NCBI GenBank assembly: GCA_964573615.1
Contig: CAZNKD010000052.1
Coordinates: 6,220 to 70,219, forward strand
Length of the DNA: 64,000 nucleotides
Reading direction: 5' to 3'
DNA from: an uncultured Desulfobacterales bacterium
GTDB lineage: Bacteria > Desulfobacterota > Dissulfuribacteria > Dissulfuribacterales > QOAL01
Part shown: piece after piece, positions 1 to 9,475 of the stretch
How the letters are laid out: each line of letters begins with the position of its first letter
Numbering within the stretch: the first letter of the stretch is position 1
Translations under genes and position numbers: made by a program
Notes under the pieces: model-generated
What the model was told of the DNA's origin: nothing
The model's database searches: none
What the model saw: the letters and a program-made list of their open reading frames with translations, nothing else

Positions 1-119
1 GCATGATCCGATATGGCAATGGCGTCATAGCCCTTGACCTCCAGCCTCCTGACCAGCTCCGAAGGCAGGAGCTCGCCGTCACTGAATAGGCTGTGGCAAT
101 GGACATCGAACATTCTCAT
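1..119 (-). CDS. PHP-domain metal-dependent phosphoesterase; first 39 codons only, the gene runs off the left edge
   Basis: My own minus-strand translation from ATG at 119-117 gives [39 protein letters not shown]. This is the typical PHP N-terminus (HxH ... SDG ... ITDH-like). Too short to appear in the ORF track. Confidence 0.5.
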   Translation of the reverse strand, partial: MRMFDVHCHSLFSDGELLPSELVRRLEVKGYDAIAISDH

Positions 120-163
120 GGCATCTTCCACATGGATGGCGGCCGGTCCGTACCGTCTTGCTG

Positions 164-682
164 CTACATCTTGTACTTGAAGGCGCTTGGATCCAGCTCC
201 TCGAGGATCTTGTTCCACTTCTCCTGATCCTTCTCCTTGCGCTCCCCCTGCATCACCGAAGGCTCCTGCACTGCAGACTCGTCCACTGGCCTTGCCTTGT
301 CCAGCACCTCCTCGTTCACCAGGATCTCGGCATCGGACCTGAGCGCCAGGGCCACGGCATCGCTTGGCCTTGCATCCACTGAGAAGCGCTCGCCTCCCTT
401 CTCAAGGATTATCTCTGCATAGTAGGTGTTCTCCTTGAGGTCGGTCACCACGACCTGGACTATCCTGGCCCCTGTCGCCTCCACCAGGCTCACTGCCAGA
501 TCATGTGTCATGGGCCTTGCAAACTCCAGGCTCTCCAGCTCGGTTGCTATGGCCGTGGCCTCAAGCAGCCCTATCCAGATAGGCAGTGTGCGTTCGCCGG
601 ATTCATCCTTGAGGATAAGGATGGGCGAGTTCGAGTCTGCATCAAGGGTTATCGCATGTACGTGCATCGGTATGGTCTTCAT
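164..682 (-). CDS. bifunctional nuclease family protein (BFN/DUF151)
   Basis: 172-aa [23 protein letters not shown]...EATAIA...RPMTHDL...[15 protein letters not shown] matches the remembered DUF151 pattern. It sits directly after miaB, a common synteny. An alternative start at 667 is possible. Confidence 0.8.
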   Translation of the reverse strand: MKTIPMHVHAITLDADSNSPILILKDESGERTLPIWIGLLEATAIATELESLEFARPMTHDLAVSLVEATGARIVQVVVTDLKENTYYAEIILEKGGERFSVDARPSDAVALALRSDAEILVNEEVLDKARPVDESAVQEPSVMQGERKEKDQEKWNKILEELDPSAFKYKM

Positions 683-2171
683 GGTCGGAACCTCTCAAAA
701 AGGGACTCTCTTTCTGCATCCCTCTCTCATTGTCGTCTCTGTCTCCTGCCTGCAGCCTCCCCTTGAGAGAGTGGTTGCAGGCCTGGAATATCTCCACATC
801 CTGGTAGGTACCCACCAGGCCTTCGTGCCCCTCCAGGTTGACCACATGGTTGCCCCTGGTGCGGCCCTGGAGCATGCCGGGATCGCTCGGATGTACCCGT
901 TCTATGAGCACTTCCTGGATGGTGCCCTCGAGCTCCCTGTAGCATTCGAGCCCTATCCTCTCTTGCAGTGCTATCAGGGCAGACAGCCTGCGGCCCTTTT
1001 CATCCTCAGGCACCACATCCTTGAATCGGGCAGCAGCAGTCCCTGGACGCGGAGAGTATTTGAAGGCGAATGCCTGGGCAAATCTCACCCTATCCACCAG
1101 GGTCAAGGTCTGGCGAAAATCCTCGCTGCTCTCCCCGGGAAAGCCCACGATCAGATCGGTGGTAAGTACCATGTCAGGCCGGATCTCTCTGAGCAACCTC
1201 ACCTTTTCCAGATACTCCTGTCTGGAATAGTGGCGGTTCATGCGCTTGAGTATCCGGTCGGAGCCGGCCTGGACGGGAAGATGCAGGTGCTCACACAGGG
1301 TGTCCAGACTATCGAAGCACTCCATCACATCCCTTGAAAGATCCCTGGGGTGGCTGGTGGTGAACCGGAGCCTGATCCCCGGAAACTGCCTGTCTATGAG
1401 CCGCAACAGATCGGCAAACCCCATACCTCCCCCGCCCTTTCGGCCATAGGAGTTCACATTCTGCCCAAGGAGCGTCACATCCTTGATACCCATGTCCACC
1501 AGCTGGCCTATCTCCTCGACGATATGCTCTGCCGGCCTGCTCACCTCCCTGCCCCTGACATAGGGCACGATGCAGTAGGTACAGAAGTTGTCACACCCCT
1601 GCATGATGGTCACATAGGCCCGTACCGGATCCAGCCCGGCACGGCCCCGGGGGATGTTGGGTATGGAAAAATCCTCCCTGAGCTCTGCACAAAGCACTGG
1701 CCTGCCATCCGCCTCCAGCTGCTCCAGCATCTCCGGCAACCTGTAGAGCCCCTGGGGGCCGAAGACGAGATCAATGTGCGGCATGCGTTTGAAGAGCCTG
1801 TCTCCCTCCTGCTGGGCGACACATCCGCACACGGCTATCTTCAGGCCCTGCCTGTTCTCCTTCAGCCTCTTGAACCGCCCTACCAAGCTGTAGAGCTTGT
1901 GCTCGGCCTTCTCCCTTATGGAGCAGGTGTTCACGATGATGAGATCCGCATCCTCCGGTGTCTCTGTGAGGACATAACTCTCCTCCAAGAGGGAGGCCAT
2001 GGTGAGGGAGTCGTACTCGTTCATCTGGCAACCAAAAGTGATGATATGGCAGCGCCTTCTCGGCCTTCTGCCTCCTGCTTGCAGCATGCTGCCAGATGCC
2101 TTACTCCTGCTCTCTTCTGTTCCAGTCGCTTTGAGTGCCTTCATGAAAGATCTTTTCGAGCCAAGCCCCAA
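642..2171 (-). CDS. miaB: tRNA-2-methylthio-N6-dimethylallyladenosine synthase (radical SAM methylthiotransferase)
   Basis: UPF0004 N-domain motif HIITFGCQMNEYDS, radical SAM motif GCDNFCTYCIVPYVRGRE, and a C-terminal TRAM-like region. The track start at 2171 is a TTG; the true start may be the ATG at 2144 or 2087. Confidence 0.9.
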   Translation of the reverse strand: MGLGSKRSFMKALKATGTEESRSKASGSMLQAGGRRPRRRCHIITFGCQMNEYDSLTMASLLEESYVLTETPEDADLIIVNTCSIREKAEHKLYSLVGRFKRLKENRQGLKIAVCGCVAQQEGDRLFKRMPHIDLVFGPQGLYRLPEMLEQLEADGRPVLCAELREDFSIPNIPRGRAGLDPVRAYVTIMQGCDNFCTYCIVPYVRGREVSRPAEHIVEEIGQLVDMGIKDVTLLGQNVNSYGRKGGGGMGFADLLRLIDRQFPGIRLRFTTSHPRDLSRDVMECFDSLDTLCEHLHLPVQAGSDRILKRMNRHYSRQEYLEKVRLLREIRPDMVLTTDLIVGFPGESSEDFRQTLTLVDRVRFAQAFAFKYSPRPGTAAARFKDVVPEDEKGRRLSALIALQERIGLECYRELEGTIQEVLIERVHPSDPGMLQGRTRGNHVVNLEGHEGLVGTYQDVEIFQACNHSLKGRLQAGDRDDNERGMQKESPFLRGSDHEDHTDARTCDNP

Positions 2172-2187
2172 AAATGTTCTACTTGAT

Positions 2188-3852
2188 TTATCGCGTCAAC
2201 AGAAACGAATAGAGCCTGGTGACATATCTTGGCTCGTCCTCGTCTTCGGATTCATTTCTTACTATGGCTATCACGAGCCTGTCATTCAATATCTGGATAC
2301 CGCATATCCTGGCTCTCTTCGCCCCCTTCTCCGGGCTCAGGGCATAATAGGTCACAAAGCCCTCCTCGCCCTTGGGGGCCAAGGCGCAGAGCCAGCACTC
2401 TCCGGCATCCTTTCCGGCCGGATGCCCCCTGTAGAGGACCAGCTGCCTCTCGCCGAGTCGGACCGGGGTCATAAAGAGATCCGGGGTGCCAAAGGCCTCA
2501 AACTGCCTCACCACAGGCACCAGTGAGGACCACTCGAGGATATTGGATGGACCATAGACCTTCAAAAATCCCTGTACCGTGGAGACCACCATACTGCAGC
2601 CGCCCTGGGCCGAAAAGATGGCCTGGACATTTCCGTTCACATTGAAGCCCGGCGGATAATCCATCGAGCCCTGGTACTCCACCCCGTCGTCCGAAGGCCT
2701 CATCCTGAAGACGGTGTCGGAGCGAAAGCGCTCGCGGTCAAAGGACTGGCCCAGCAGGGTGTCCACCGCCTGATCACAGTCGGTATCGACGAATGCGAGC
2801 CAGAGGTTCATCTCCCCCTGGATGAGCCTCAGTCCGTGCCTGGAATAGCCCAGGAGGGCCGATTTGAGCCCAGCTCCATCGAGGAGCACATTCAGGGCGA
2901 CAAGCCCCTTTCCTGGCAGCACAGAGAAGCTGTAGGGTGTTTCAAAGCCGGATGTCTTGAACTTGCGCAGGCTCCCCTCCGCCCTGAAGGGAGCGATGTA
3001 GAGGCCATCATCAAGCAGATATATGATCTCCTGGGAGCCGTCGCCATCCAGATCCTCTATGGAGACCTTGATCGGCCTGGCCTCGAGCCTTCCTATCTCC
3101 TCTGCCTCGGCAAGTGAGAGAAACGGGGCAGGCAGGTCGGCTGCCTCCCCGTGCCCTGCCGGCATCTGCCCCTCCATGCCGTGAAGGCCCTGCTGCCCCC
3201 TGGGGCCTGCCTCCTCGTCTGGAAGCAGGCACTCTGCATCCTCATAGACCTTGAATGGCTGGAGATCAGGGCCATAGACCAGCAGTTTTCCATCCTTGAA
3301 CCTGAACAGGAGATCTATCCCGAGGGCCTTCATGGACTTGGGTTCCATTACCGGCATTATTGCCTCATGGGGCTCCAGCCAATCCAGATATGGAAGCAGC
3401 GCCCTGAGCCTGCCTGTTGTAAAGCGCGGAGAGATGGGGCTATCATCCCGATAGACGACGGCCCTCAGCCCCTCATATCTTATGGCTATATCGCCTGGCG
3501 CAAGCTCTCGGCGCCTTTCAAGGAGGCTGCACGTGGCACTGCCTGCCGATACAGAGGTCACCTGGATCTTGCCAGACGGTACGGCAGGCATGGTCTCCAG
3601 GGAGGAACCCAAGCCCTTCCGGCTGAATACCGTGAAGATATCGCCTGGTGAGACCACGGCCCCTTTTGGCATGGAGAGCTTGACCCACCCCTCACCAACG
3701 GCCTTCAGCTCCGCCCGTATGGGAGAAAAATCGATACGAATCCTCGTGGTCAGATCCTGGGCCGACACACAAAGGGCATGCCCTGGTGCAAGCAGCTGCA
3801 TCAACAGGGCTGCAACACACAAGAGCGCTGCCTTCATGGCGGCTCTGTTCAT
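2188..3852 (-). CDS. secreted hypothetical protein with an FG-GAP/VCBS-like DxDGDG motif
   Basis: Start moved to the ATG at 3852, giving MNRAAMKAALLCVAALLMQLLAPGHA, a signal peptide. Internal SIEDLDGDGSQEIIYL motif. I recognise no other family. Confidence 0.6.
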   Translation of the reverse strand: MNRAAMKAALLCVAALLMQLLAPGHALCVSAQDLTTRIRIDFSPIRAELKAVGEGWVKLSMPKGAVVSPGDIFTVFSRKGLGSSLETMPAVPSGKIQVTSVSAGSATCSLLERRRELAPGDIAIRYEGLRAVVYRDDSPISPRFTTGRLRALLPYLDWLEPHEAIMPVMEPKSMKALGIDLLFRFKDGKLLVYGPDLQPFKVYEDAECLLPDEEAGPRGQQGLHGMEGQMPAGHGEAADLPAPFLSLAEAEEIGRLEARPIKVSIEDLDGDGSQEIIYLLDDGLYIAPFRAEGSLRKFKTSGFETPYSFSVLPGKGLVALNVLLDGAGLKSALLGYSRHGLRLIQGEMNLWLAFVDTDCDQAVDTLLGQSFDRERFRSDTVFRMRPSDDGVEYQGSMDYPPGFNVNGNVQAIFSAQGGCSMVVSTVQGFLKVYGPSNILEWSSLVPVVRQFEAFGTPDLFMTPVRLGERQLVLYRGHPAGKDAGECWLCALAPKGEEGFVTYYALSPEKGAKRARICGIQILNDRLVIAIVRNESEDEDEPRYVTRLYSFLLTR

Positions 3853-3998
3853 AAAGGTATCACTTCTCAGGCAGATCAAGTCCTTCTCCCGATTTGGCTC
3901 CCGATTCGACACTCCATCTTCGCTACTGCCAGCCCATATTACAACACCATCCCAGAGTAGAGAAGGCACAGAGGCGGCAGAGCCATCAAAAAGGTGTC

Positions 3999-4040
3999 AA
4001 AAAAAAAGCGGTCTATGCCTCTTTGGCATGGACCGCTTTT
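3999..4040 (-). terminator. Rho-independent terminator downstream of dsrC (hairpin flanked by an A-run and a T-run, so potentially bidirectional)
   Basis: Minus-strand reading is AAAAGCGGTCCATGCCAAAGAGGCATAGACCGC followed by nine T. The stem is GCGGTC.ATGCC / GGCAT.GACCGC. Confidence 0.7.
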
Positions 4041-4092
4041 CATTTCCTCTTTGTCTCAGAACTACACGGAGTTCCTCGACACGGCAGCTCGA

Positions 4093-4413
4093 TTAGACGC
4101 AACCGGTCGGCTTGGGCAGACCAGCCATCTTACAAGCTCCCTTACCAGGTCCTGAGGGGAAGAGCTCATAGATCTTCTTCAGGGGGTAACCGGTGGTCTT
4201 GGAAAGAATACGTACCATGGGAGCAATACCGTTCTTCTTGAAGTAGTCCTGAAGAACGTTGATGACCTTCTTGTGGTCCTCGGTGAGCTCGGTGATACCT
4301 TCCTGCTCCATAACGTACTCGACCCAGTTCTCGTCCCACTGCTCCATTCCCTTGGTCAGGAAGCCGTCCTCATCTACATCATAAGTTTTACCTTTGTACT
4401 CTACGGTTGCCAT
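4093..4413 (-). CDS. dsrC: DsrC, dissimilatory sulfite reductase-associated sulfur carrier (TusE/DsrC family)
   Basis: 106 aa. The C-terminus ...GKGACKMAGLPKPTGCV carries both the penultimate Cys and the Cys 10 residues upstream. That pair distinguishes DsrC from TusE. RBS GGAGGG lies upstream of the ATG. Confidence 0.9.
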   Translation of the reverse strand: MATVEYKGKTYDVDEDGFLTKGMEQWDENWVEYVMEQEGITELTEDHKKVINVLQDYFKKNGIAPMVRILSKTTGYPLKKIYELFPSGPGKGACKMAGLPKPTGCV

Positions 4414-4464
4414 ATTGCCCTCCTTTTGGATTATTTCCGTGGCTGTTTTGAATTTCGAACAACG

Positions 4465-4493
4465 TAGATACTATAACAGAAAATTTTTGTCAA
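4465..4493 (-). promoter_or_regulatory. putative sigma-70 promoter of dsrC
   Basis: Minus strand reads TTGACA (4493-4488), a 17-bp spacer, then TATCTA (4470-4465), about 50 nt upstream of the dsrC ATG. Pattern match only. Confidence 0.45.
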
Positions 4494-4622
4494 GCATCAT
4501 AAAGAATTAAACAAGGCCTTGCATGATGGGAGAAAGACAAAGGATTTCAAAACATTAGACAAAAAATGAGGTGAAGGGTCAGCAATTTCTTTGAATCACC
4601 ATTCATTTTTTCCTCGCCCCTT

Positions 4623-6347
4623 CTAAGCCCCAAGCTCCTGCAGGTGCTCCCTGGCCCATTCGATGCCGGGATCGAGATCGAGGGCCATCCGGTACCAGTT
4701 CTTGGCAGCCTCGAGCATGCCGAGTTTCCTGAGGTTACTGCCTATGTTCGCATAGTCGATGGCAGAGGCCGGGTCCAGTTCTATGGCCCTTTCAAAGCAC
4801 TCGATGGCCTCATAATAGCGCCCTGCACTGTAGTGACAGTAACCAAGGAGGCTCTGGACCTCCTTATGGTCGGGATTGATCTTTCGGGCCCTTTCAAGAT
4901 CCGAGGCCGCCTCGTCCAATCTTCCAAGCTCCTTCAGGCAAAAGGCCCTGTGGCACAACAGATCGGCCATCTCCGGCCCGGACGGACCCATGGATACCGC
5001 CTTGTCGATCCAGCCCAGGGCCTCTTCCCACATCCCGAGCTGTTCGTTTACATGCCCCATGTAGAAGGCGGTCTCATACCTGTCGGGATAGAGGGCGTGG
5101 ACCCTTTCAAGGAGGGCCAGCGACTCTTGAGGCGCCAGATACCCCCAGGTGGCCAGTCTGGCAAGGTGCAGGGCCAGATCGATATCTATGGTCCTGTCGC
5201 GAAAGTGGTTTCCCGGCACCACTGCATATACTGCAGGGACCTGGAGCTCCGGATGGGTTATGTCCAGGAGATAGACAGGCAGCCCCACGGCCCTTAGCCT
5301 CCTTGCCATCTCGAGGAGCTCAGTGCGGAAGTTGTCGCTGGAGCAGTCCGGCATATCGCAAAGGGCCACCATCTGGCTGGAGTCCAGCACATAGTCGGCC
5401 TCCTCGAGTGTGGCAAACTTTGGAAGCCCGCTCTCCAGATAGCGGCCGTCGGTATCGAAATCCCCTGCAAGCTGGGCGATCTCCGTTACAGCCCTTATGG
5501 CTGCACGCTCGGGGGAGGTGGAGGTCCCGGCGGTATAGACGATCTCGCTCCTTTCCGGATAGGTGGACGGATCCCAGGCAATGGCGGCCACTGTCGGGAT
5601 GCCGGTATCGAGGGAGTAGTCCTTCAATACGATGTTTATCCCCAGGCGCTCGAACCTGTCCAGGAGATCAAGGAGCACCCGATCCCCAATGGATGCAGGA
5701 TCGATGGTCGGCATCCTGAGCTTTCCATAGCTTATGACAGAGCAGCAGTGGCGCTCCACCACCTCTGAAAGCGCCTGGACAGCAGCCTCCTCCAGGCTGT
5801 TGCCAGAGGCAGAGCCATTGTACTCGTTGATAGGCCAGAACCAGGAAAACGGGACATGGCAAGGCTCCTCATCCGGTGCGCGGAGTCCTGCAGCCCATCT
5901 GTGCGGGAACTGATCGAGAAGCTGTTCCATCTCCGCCCATCTCCGGCCCTCCTCCCCCTTGTGGTGGACGGCCCTGAGGAGATCCGACTTTGGGACCTTC
6001 GGGGAGTCCTGGACGAAATAGGGCAGGACCGGAAGCACCCCGTTTTTCAGGAAGTGAAACAGGCTGTAGCGCTCCACCATCTCCATGACGGCACTGCACC
6101 TTGCCTGCTCGGCAGTCACGCCCTTGCCCATCTGCTTGGGGGTGCCGGTCAGCCGGTAGGCATCCGGGCTGTACCTGCTGACATAGACAGGTATTCCAAG
6201 CCTACCCTTGTCTACCCTGACACACTCTTGAAGAATGGAGATCCCGCTCTTTTCGAACTGTGCCTCAACCCACTGGATGGTCTCCAGCGGACTTCTGACC
6301 TTGTCAAACTCCTTGCCACTGTCCTTGTAACTATCCCTGAGCTCCAT
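4623..6347 (-). CDS. YcaO-domain protein fused to C-terminal TPR repeats
   Basis: 574 aa. The N-terminal two thirds carry YcaO signatures (IPVYVSRY..., GKGVTAEQARCSAVMEMVERYS, ...GNSLEEAAVQALSEVVERH). The last ~150 aa are canonical TPR (AFYMGHVNEQLGMWEEALGWIDKAV..., YYEAIECFERAIELDP...). Confidence 0.85.
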   Translation of the reverse strand: MELRDSYKDSGKEFDKVRSPLETIQWVEAQFEKSGISILQECVRVDKGRLGIPVYVSRYSPDAYRLTGTPKQMGKGVTAEQARCSAVMEMVERYSLFHFLKNGVLPVLPYFVQDSPKVPKSDLLRAVHHKGEEGRRWAEMEQLLDQFPHRWAAGLRAPDEEPCHVPFSWFWPINEYNGSASGNSLEEAAVQALSEVVERHCCSVISYGKLRMPTIDPASIGDRVLLDLLDRFERLGINIVLKDYSLDTGIPTVAAIAWDPSTYPERSEIVYTAGTSTSPERAAIRAVTEIAQLAGDFDTDGRYLESGLPKFATLEEADYVLDSSQMVALCDMPDCSSDNFRTELLEMARRLRAVGLPVYLLDITHPELQVPAVYAVVPGNHFRDRTIDIDLALHLARLATWGYLAPQESLALLERVHALYPDRYETAFYMGHVNEQLGMWEEALGWIDKAVSMGPSGPEMADLLCHRAFCLKELGRLDEAASDLERARKINPDHKEVQSLLGYCHYSAGRYYEAIECFERAIELDPASAIDYANIGSNLRKLGMLEAAKNWYRMALDLDPGIEWAREHLQELGA

Positions 6348-6380
6348 AGATAAAGCTGTGCAATAGGGCCTGACCGGCCA

Positions 6381-6881
6381 TCAGTCAAGCAACCTGCCAC
6401 AAACCTCCTGAATGATTCTCTCGGCCGTGTACCAGTCCTCCTGGTCTGCACCCGGCTGGCAGCCACGGCGCTCATAGATGGTATGGGCCACGGCAGCGGT
6501 CCAGAAGTGACGCCCGGTCTCCTGATCGGCATCCACGAACCGTATCCTGGTCATCGGGGTACCGGGGGCACCCTGAATCTGAAGGCCTATCACTGGATTT
6601 ACGGCATCCTCATCCCTGATGAGATAGATGGCCCTGGGGACATCGACTGCATGGGCAAGGTGGGTGAGGTTGTCCGGATCGGTGGTTCCAAGAAATATCT
6701 CCACCCTCCTTGCATCCTCATCATAGTCTATACCCAGAAGGGGCATCCCTGGCTCACCAACGATGTAGTCATCGCCGAGCGAGACCATGGCGCGCCTTGA
6801 TTGATTCATCCTGTTGAAATCCTTCAGAAATTGCGCCCATTCCCTTTTCAAGATCCTCTGTTTCTTCTCCGCCATGTCCAT
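6381..6881 (-). CDS. hypothetical protein (DUF5335-like N-terminal region, DUF2934-like C-terminal WYxAE motif)
   Basis: 166-aa ORF, 33 bp upstream of and co-oriented with the YcaO gene. The C-terminal ...QEDWYTAERII resembles the DUF2934 motif from memory. Confidence 0.55.
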   Translation of the reverse strand: MDMAEKKQRILKREWAQFLKDFNRMNQSRRAMVSLGDDYIVGEPGMPLLGIDYDEDARRVEIFLGTTDPDNLTHLAHAVDVPRAIYLIRDEDAVNPVIGLQIQGAPGTPMTRIRFVDADQETGRHFWTAAVAHTIYERRGCQPGADQEDWYTAERIIQEVCGRLLD

Positions 6882-7028
6882 CCTCCTTTTAGTCTGAACC
6901 GGCTACTATAAGTTTACGACTCCATTTTGCAAACAAATTCTTCCCTAATGTTGAAAATAACTATCCAGGAAGGGATGTCCACTGCCGGGAAGGGCTTTCA
7001 GACATTTTTCTATGCCTAGTTTCTATAC

Positions 7029-8420
7029 CTAGATGGTCCTGACAGGAAGGCGGATGGTAAAACGGGTAGATCCGGGACGGCTTTCAAAGGTGAGATCGCC
7101 TCCGTGGGCCTCCACAAAGGATTTCGCTATCGAAAGTCCAAGGCCGGTGCCCCTTGGCCCCTTGGTGGTAAAGAAGGGCTTCAGGATCTGATCCTGCATA
7201 TCAGGGGCTATCCCAGGGCCATCGTCCGTGACGGTGATGGTTACAAAGCTCTCATCCGCCTTGACCTCCACACTGATATGGCCTCCCTCGTCCACTGCAT
7301 CATAGGCATTGGTGAGCAGATTGAGTATGGCTTGATTGATCAGCTCCCTGTCTGCCATAACAGGGATCTCATCGGCGGAAAAATCCATGAATATCTCCAC
7401 GGACTTCTTGTCCATGAGGGACAGGGAGCTACAGAGGCCCTGCACCAGGGAGCGAAGATCCACCCTGGAGATCCGCACTTCCGGACGCTGTGAAAAGAGG
7501 CTGACATCCCTGGTGAACCTCTTCAGGCTGCCCATCTCTGACTCCAGGTTCTCAAGGGCCTTCTGTCCGGCGCTCGAGAGCCGCTCCTGCGAGAGCTGAT
7601 ACCTTATAACCCCTATCCTGTTCAGGGCATTTCCGACCTCGTGCATCAGCCTGGCAGAAAGCTCCCCGAGCATGGCCAGATTCTTCAGCTGCAACCTGTC
7701 GGTAGCCGTGGTTATCTGCTCGGAGATATACCCATTCAGGGAGCGGGCCATGGCATTGAAGGAGCGGGCCAGCTCAGAGATCTCATCACTGCCTCTTTCA
7801 GGGATGCGGACATCCAGGTCCCCCCTGGCAAACCGGTTTGTGGCATCGCGCAGCCTCAATATCGGGGCCACCACCATGCTGTTCACCAGGATGAAACCGA
7901 TGACCACGGAAATGGCAAGGGCAGCAATGCAGATCCACCAGACATAGCGCTGAAGATCATCTATCCTGGCCTTGAGCCTCTGCTTCGTCAGGTGCACATC
8001 CACCTCGCCCAAGCGCTCCACCTCACCGGTACCTGTAATGGAGTAGACACCCTCAGGATCGGTGAAGGCACCATGTTCCAGCATGATCGGGGCAGATACC
8101 ACCACGAGATCCGCAGATTGGGTGCTGTTTGAACAGACTGCAAGGGGTTTTCCCTTGTCGTCTGATATCCTGACGGCTACCACCCCTTCGTTCCTCAAGG
8201 TCTTGTCACAGAGCTCGTTCAGAAGAGCGATGTTTCCGCTCAGTACCCCGAGCTGGGCAGAATGGGCCAGATAGTTGGCAATGAGCCTGCCCCTGCTCAT
8301 GAACTCCTCCTTCATCATCTCCACCGCCTTTGAGGTATAGAAATTCCCGATGGCCAGCACCATGAGGAGCTCGATGGATATGAAAATGGCTACGACCTTT
8401 AATCTGAGACTTAGCTTCAT
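7029..8420 (-). CDS. sensor histidine kinase (TM, ~150-aa periplasmic domain, TM, HAMP, HisKA, HATPase)
   Basis: Two hydrophobic segments. HAMP region (VVAPILRLRDATNRFARGDLDVRI...LARSFNAM). H-box LMHEVGNAL of the NtrB-like type. G-boxes DDGPGI and GTGLGLSI. The ATG overlaps the stop of the upstream gene (ATGA). Confidence 0.85.
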   Translation of the reverse strand: MKLSLRLKVVAIFISIELLMVLAIGNFYTSKAVEMMKEEFMSRGRLIANYLAHSAQLGVLSGNIALLNELCDKTLRNEGVVAVRISDDKGKPLAVCSNSTQSADLVVVSAPIMLEHGAFTDPEGVYSITGTGEVERLGEVDVHLTKQRLKARIDDLQRYVWWICIAALAISVVIGFILVNSMVVAPILRLRDATNRFARGDLDVRIPERGSDEISELARSFNAMARSLNGYISEQITTATDRLQLKNLAMLGELSARLMHEVGNALNRIGVIRYQLSQERLSSAGQKALENLESEMGSLKRFTRDVSLFSQRPEVRISRVDLRSLVQGLCSSLSLMDKKSVEIFMDFSADEIPVMADRELINQAILNLLTNAYDAVDEGGHISVEVKADESFVTITVTDDGPGIAPDMQDQILKPFFTTKGPRGTGLGLSIAKSFVEAHGGDLTFESRPGSTRFTIRLPVRTI

Positions 8421-9394
8421 TCCACTATCAGATCTGCCTCCTGGATTATCCTCTCCGGAAGAGCAATCCCTATCCTCCTGGCAGTACGAAGGTTCACGCT
8501 GATCCTCCTATTGTCCGGCACAACGATCCTGATCCCTTCCTGCTCCAGCCCTCTGTCCATGAGCCTGCTGGCCAATCCTGCAGTCTGACGGGCGAGGGAG
8601 CCATAATCGGGCTCGATCGCAAGCAGGGCGCCATTTTTGACATATCCTGCAGAGAGTCCTATCACGGCAATCCGGTTCTTTATACCCCAAAGGATGGTAT
8701 GCTTCACCAACTCTGCAGATCTGAAGAGCCTGGCGTCTGGTGTCATGATGAGCACGTCCACCATCCAGTCGAGGGCCTCCTGGAGGAGCGGATAGAGACC
8801 CTTTACAGGGGGGATGCGAACTATCTTGAGGCTGCGGATGCGGTCTGGAATCCCGGGATCGTCATCAAAAAGTGCAGCCCTCATCCCCGGGAAGATCTCT
8901 GCGCACACCTCCAGGCGCTCCTTTAGCGGAATCTCCATGGACAGGGCCCAAAAGGGCCGGCCTGCTCTCCCCTCAAGTCCCTTAAGTGTCCTCTCTACGG
9001 TAAAACTGACTATTACAGGAAGATGGCTCGGGACCAGGTGGAGCACCCTGCTTGCCCTGGTGCCTATGAGTATCACAAGCCCGTCTGCTTTTTCGGCCCA
9101 GGCAAACCCCTGTTCAAGCCTGGAATCAACTCCATCGAGATAGACGGAGCTTAGCCTGCACGAAGGACCGAGCCGGGCCTTTAGCGCCCTCCTGATCATC
9201 TCCTCGAAACGGGTATAGGGAAGTGCCTTTCTTGAGACCACAAGAAGCACCCGTGCCTTTTTCTGCCCCCTCTTCTCAACGCCGGCATCTCCGGCCCCTG
9301 CCATGAAATCCCTCTCTTCACATGGCGCAGCAGAGGGCAGCAGCCATAACAGCACAAGGATGACAATCGTACAGACAACAGACCTTTTGCCCAT
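8417..9394 (-). CDS. periplasmic ABC-transporter-substrate-binding-like protein (ABC_sub_bind/PF04392-like), probably a sensor accessory
   Basis: Start moved to the ATG at 9394 (MGKRSVVCTIVILVLLWLLPSAAP, a signal peptide); the track start at 9472 is a TTG. The body resembles the uncharacterised ABC-type periplasmic component family. No permease or ATPase is nearby. Confidence 0.65.
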   Translation of the reverse strand: MGKRSVVCTIVILVLLWLLPSAAPCEERDFMAGAGDAGVEKRGQKKARVLLVVSRKALPYTRFEEMIRRALKARLGPSCRLSSVYLDGVDSRLEQGFAWAEKADGLVILIGTRASRVLHLVPSHLPVIVSFTVERTLKGLEGRAGRPFWALSMEIPLKERLEVCAEIFPGMRAALFDDDPGIPDRIRSLKIVRIPPVKGLYPLLQEALDWMVDVLIMTPDARLFRSAELVKHTILWGIKNRIAVIGLSAGYVKNGALLAIEPDYGSLARQTAGLASRLMDRGLEQEGIRIVVPDNRRISVNLRTARRIGIALPERIIQEADLIVE

Positions 9395-9475
9395 GGCTGT
9401 ACTGGGCCTCCGATCTCCTTTGTGACCAAATATGAGGCTCACCTTACGGGCTTCTTCTCTCGTGGAGTGCAAGAC

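Noticed and set aside
4547-4606. 19-codon minus-strand mini-ORF (MNGDSKKLLTLHLIFCLMF) just after the YcaO stop, considered as a possible RiPP precursor.
   Set aside because: It is very short and hydrophobic, has no Gly/Cys/Ser/Thr-rich core, and lies in the AT-rich dsrC promoter region. There is no evidence beyond a weak GAGG upstream.
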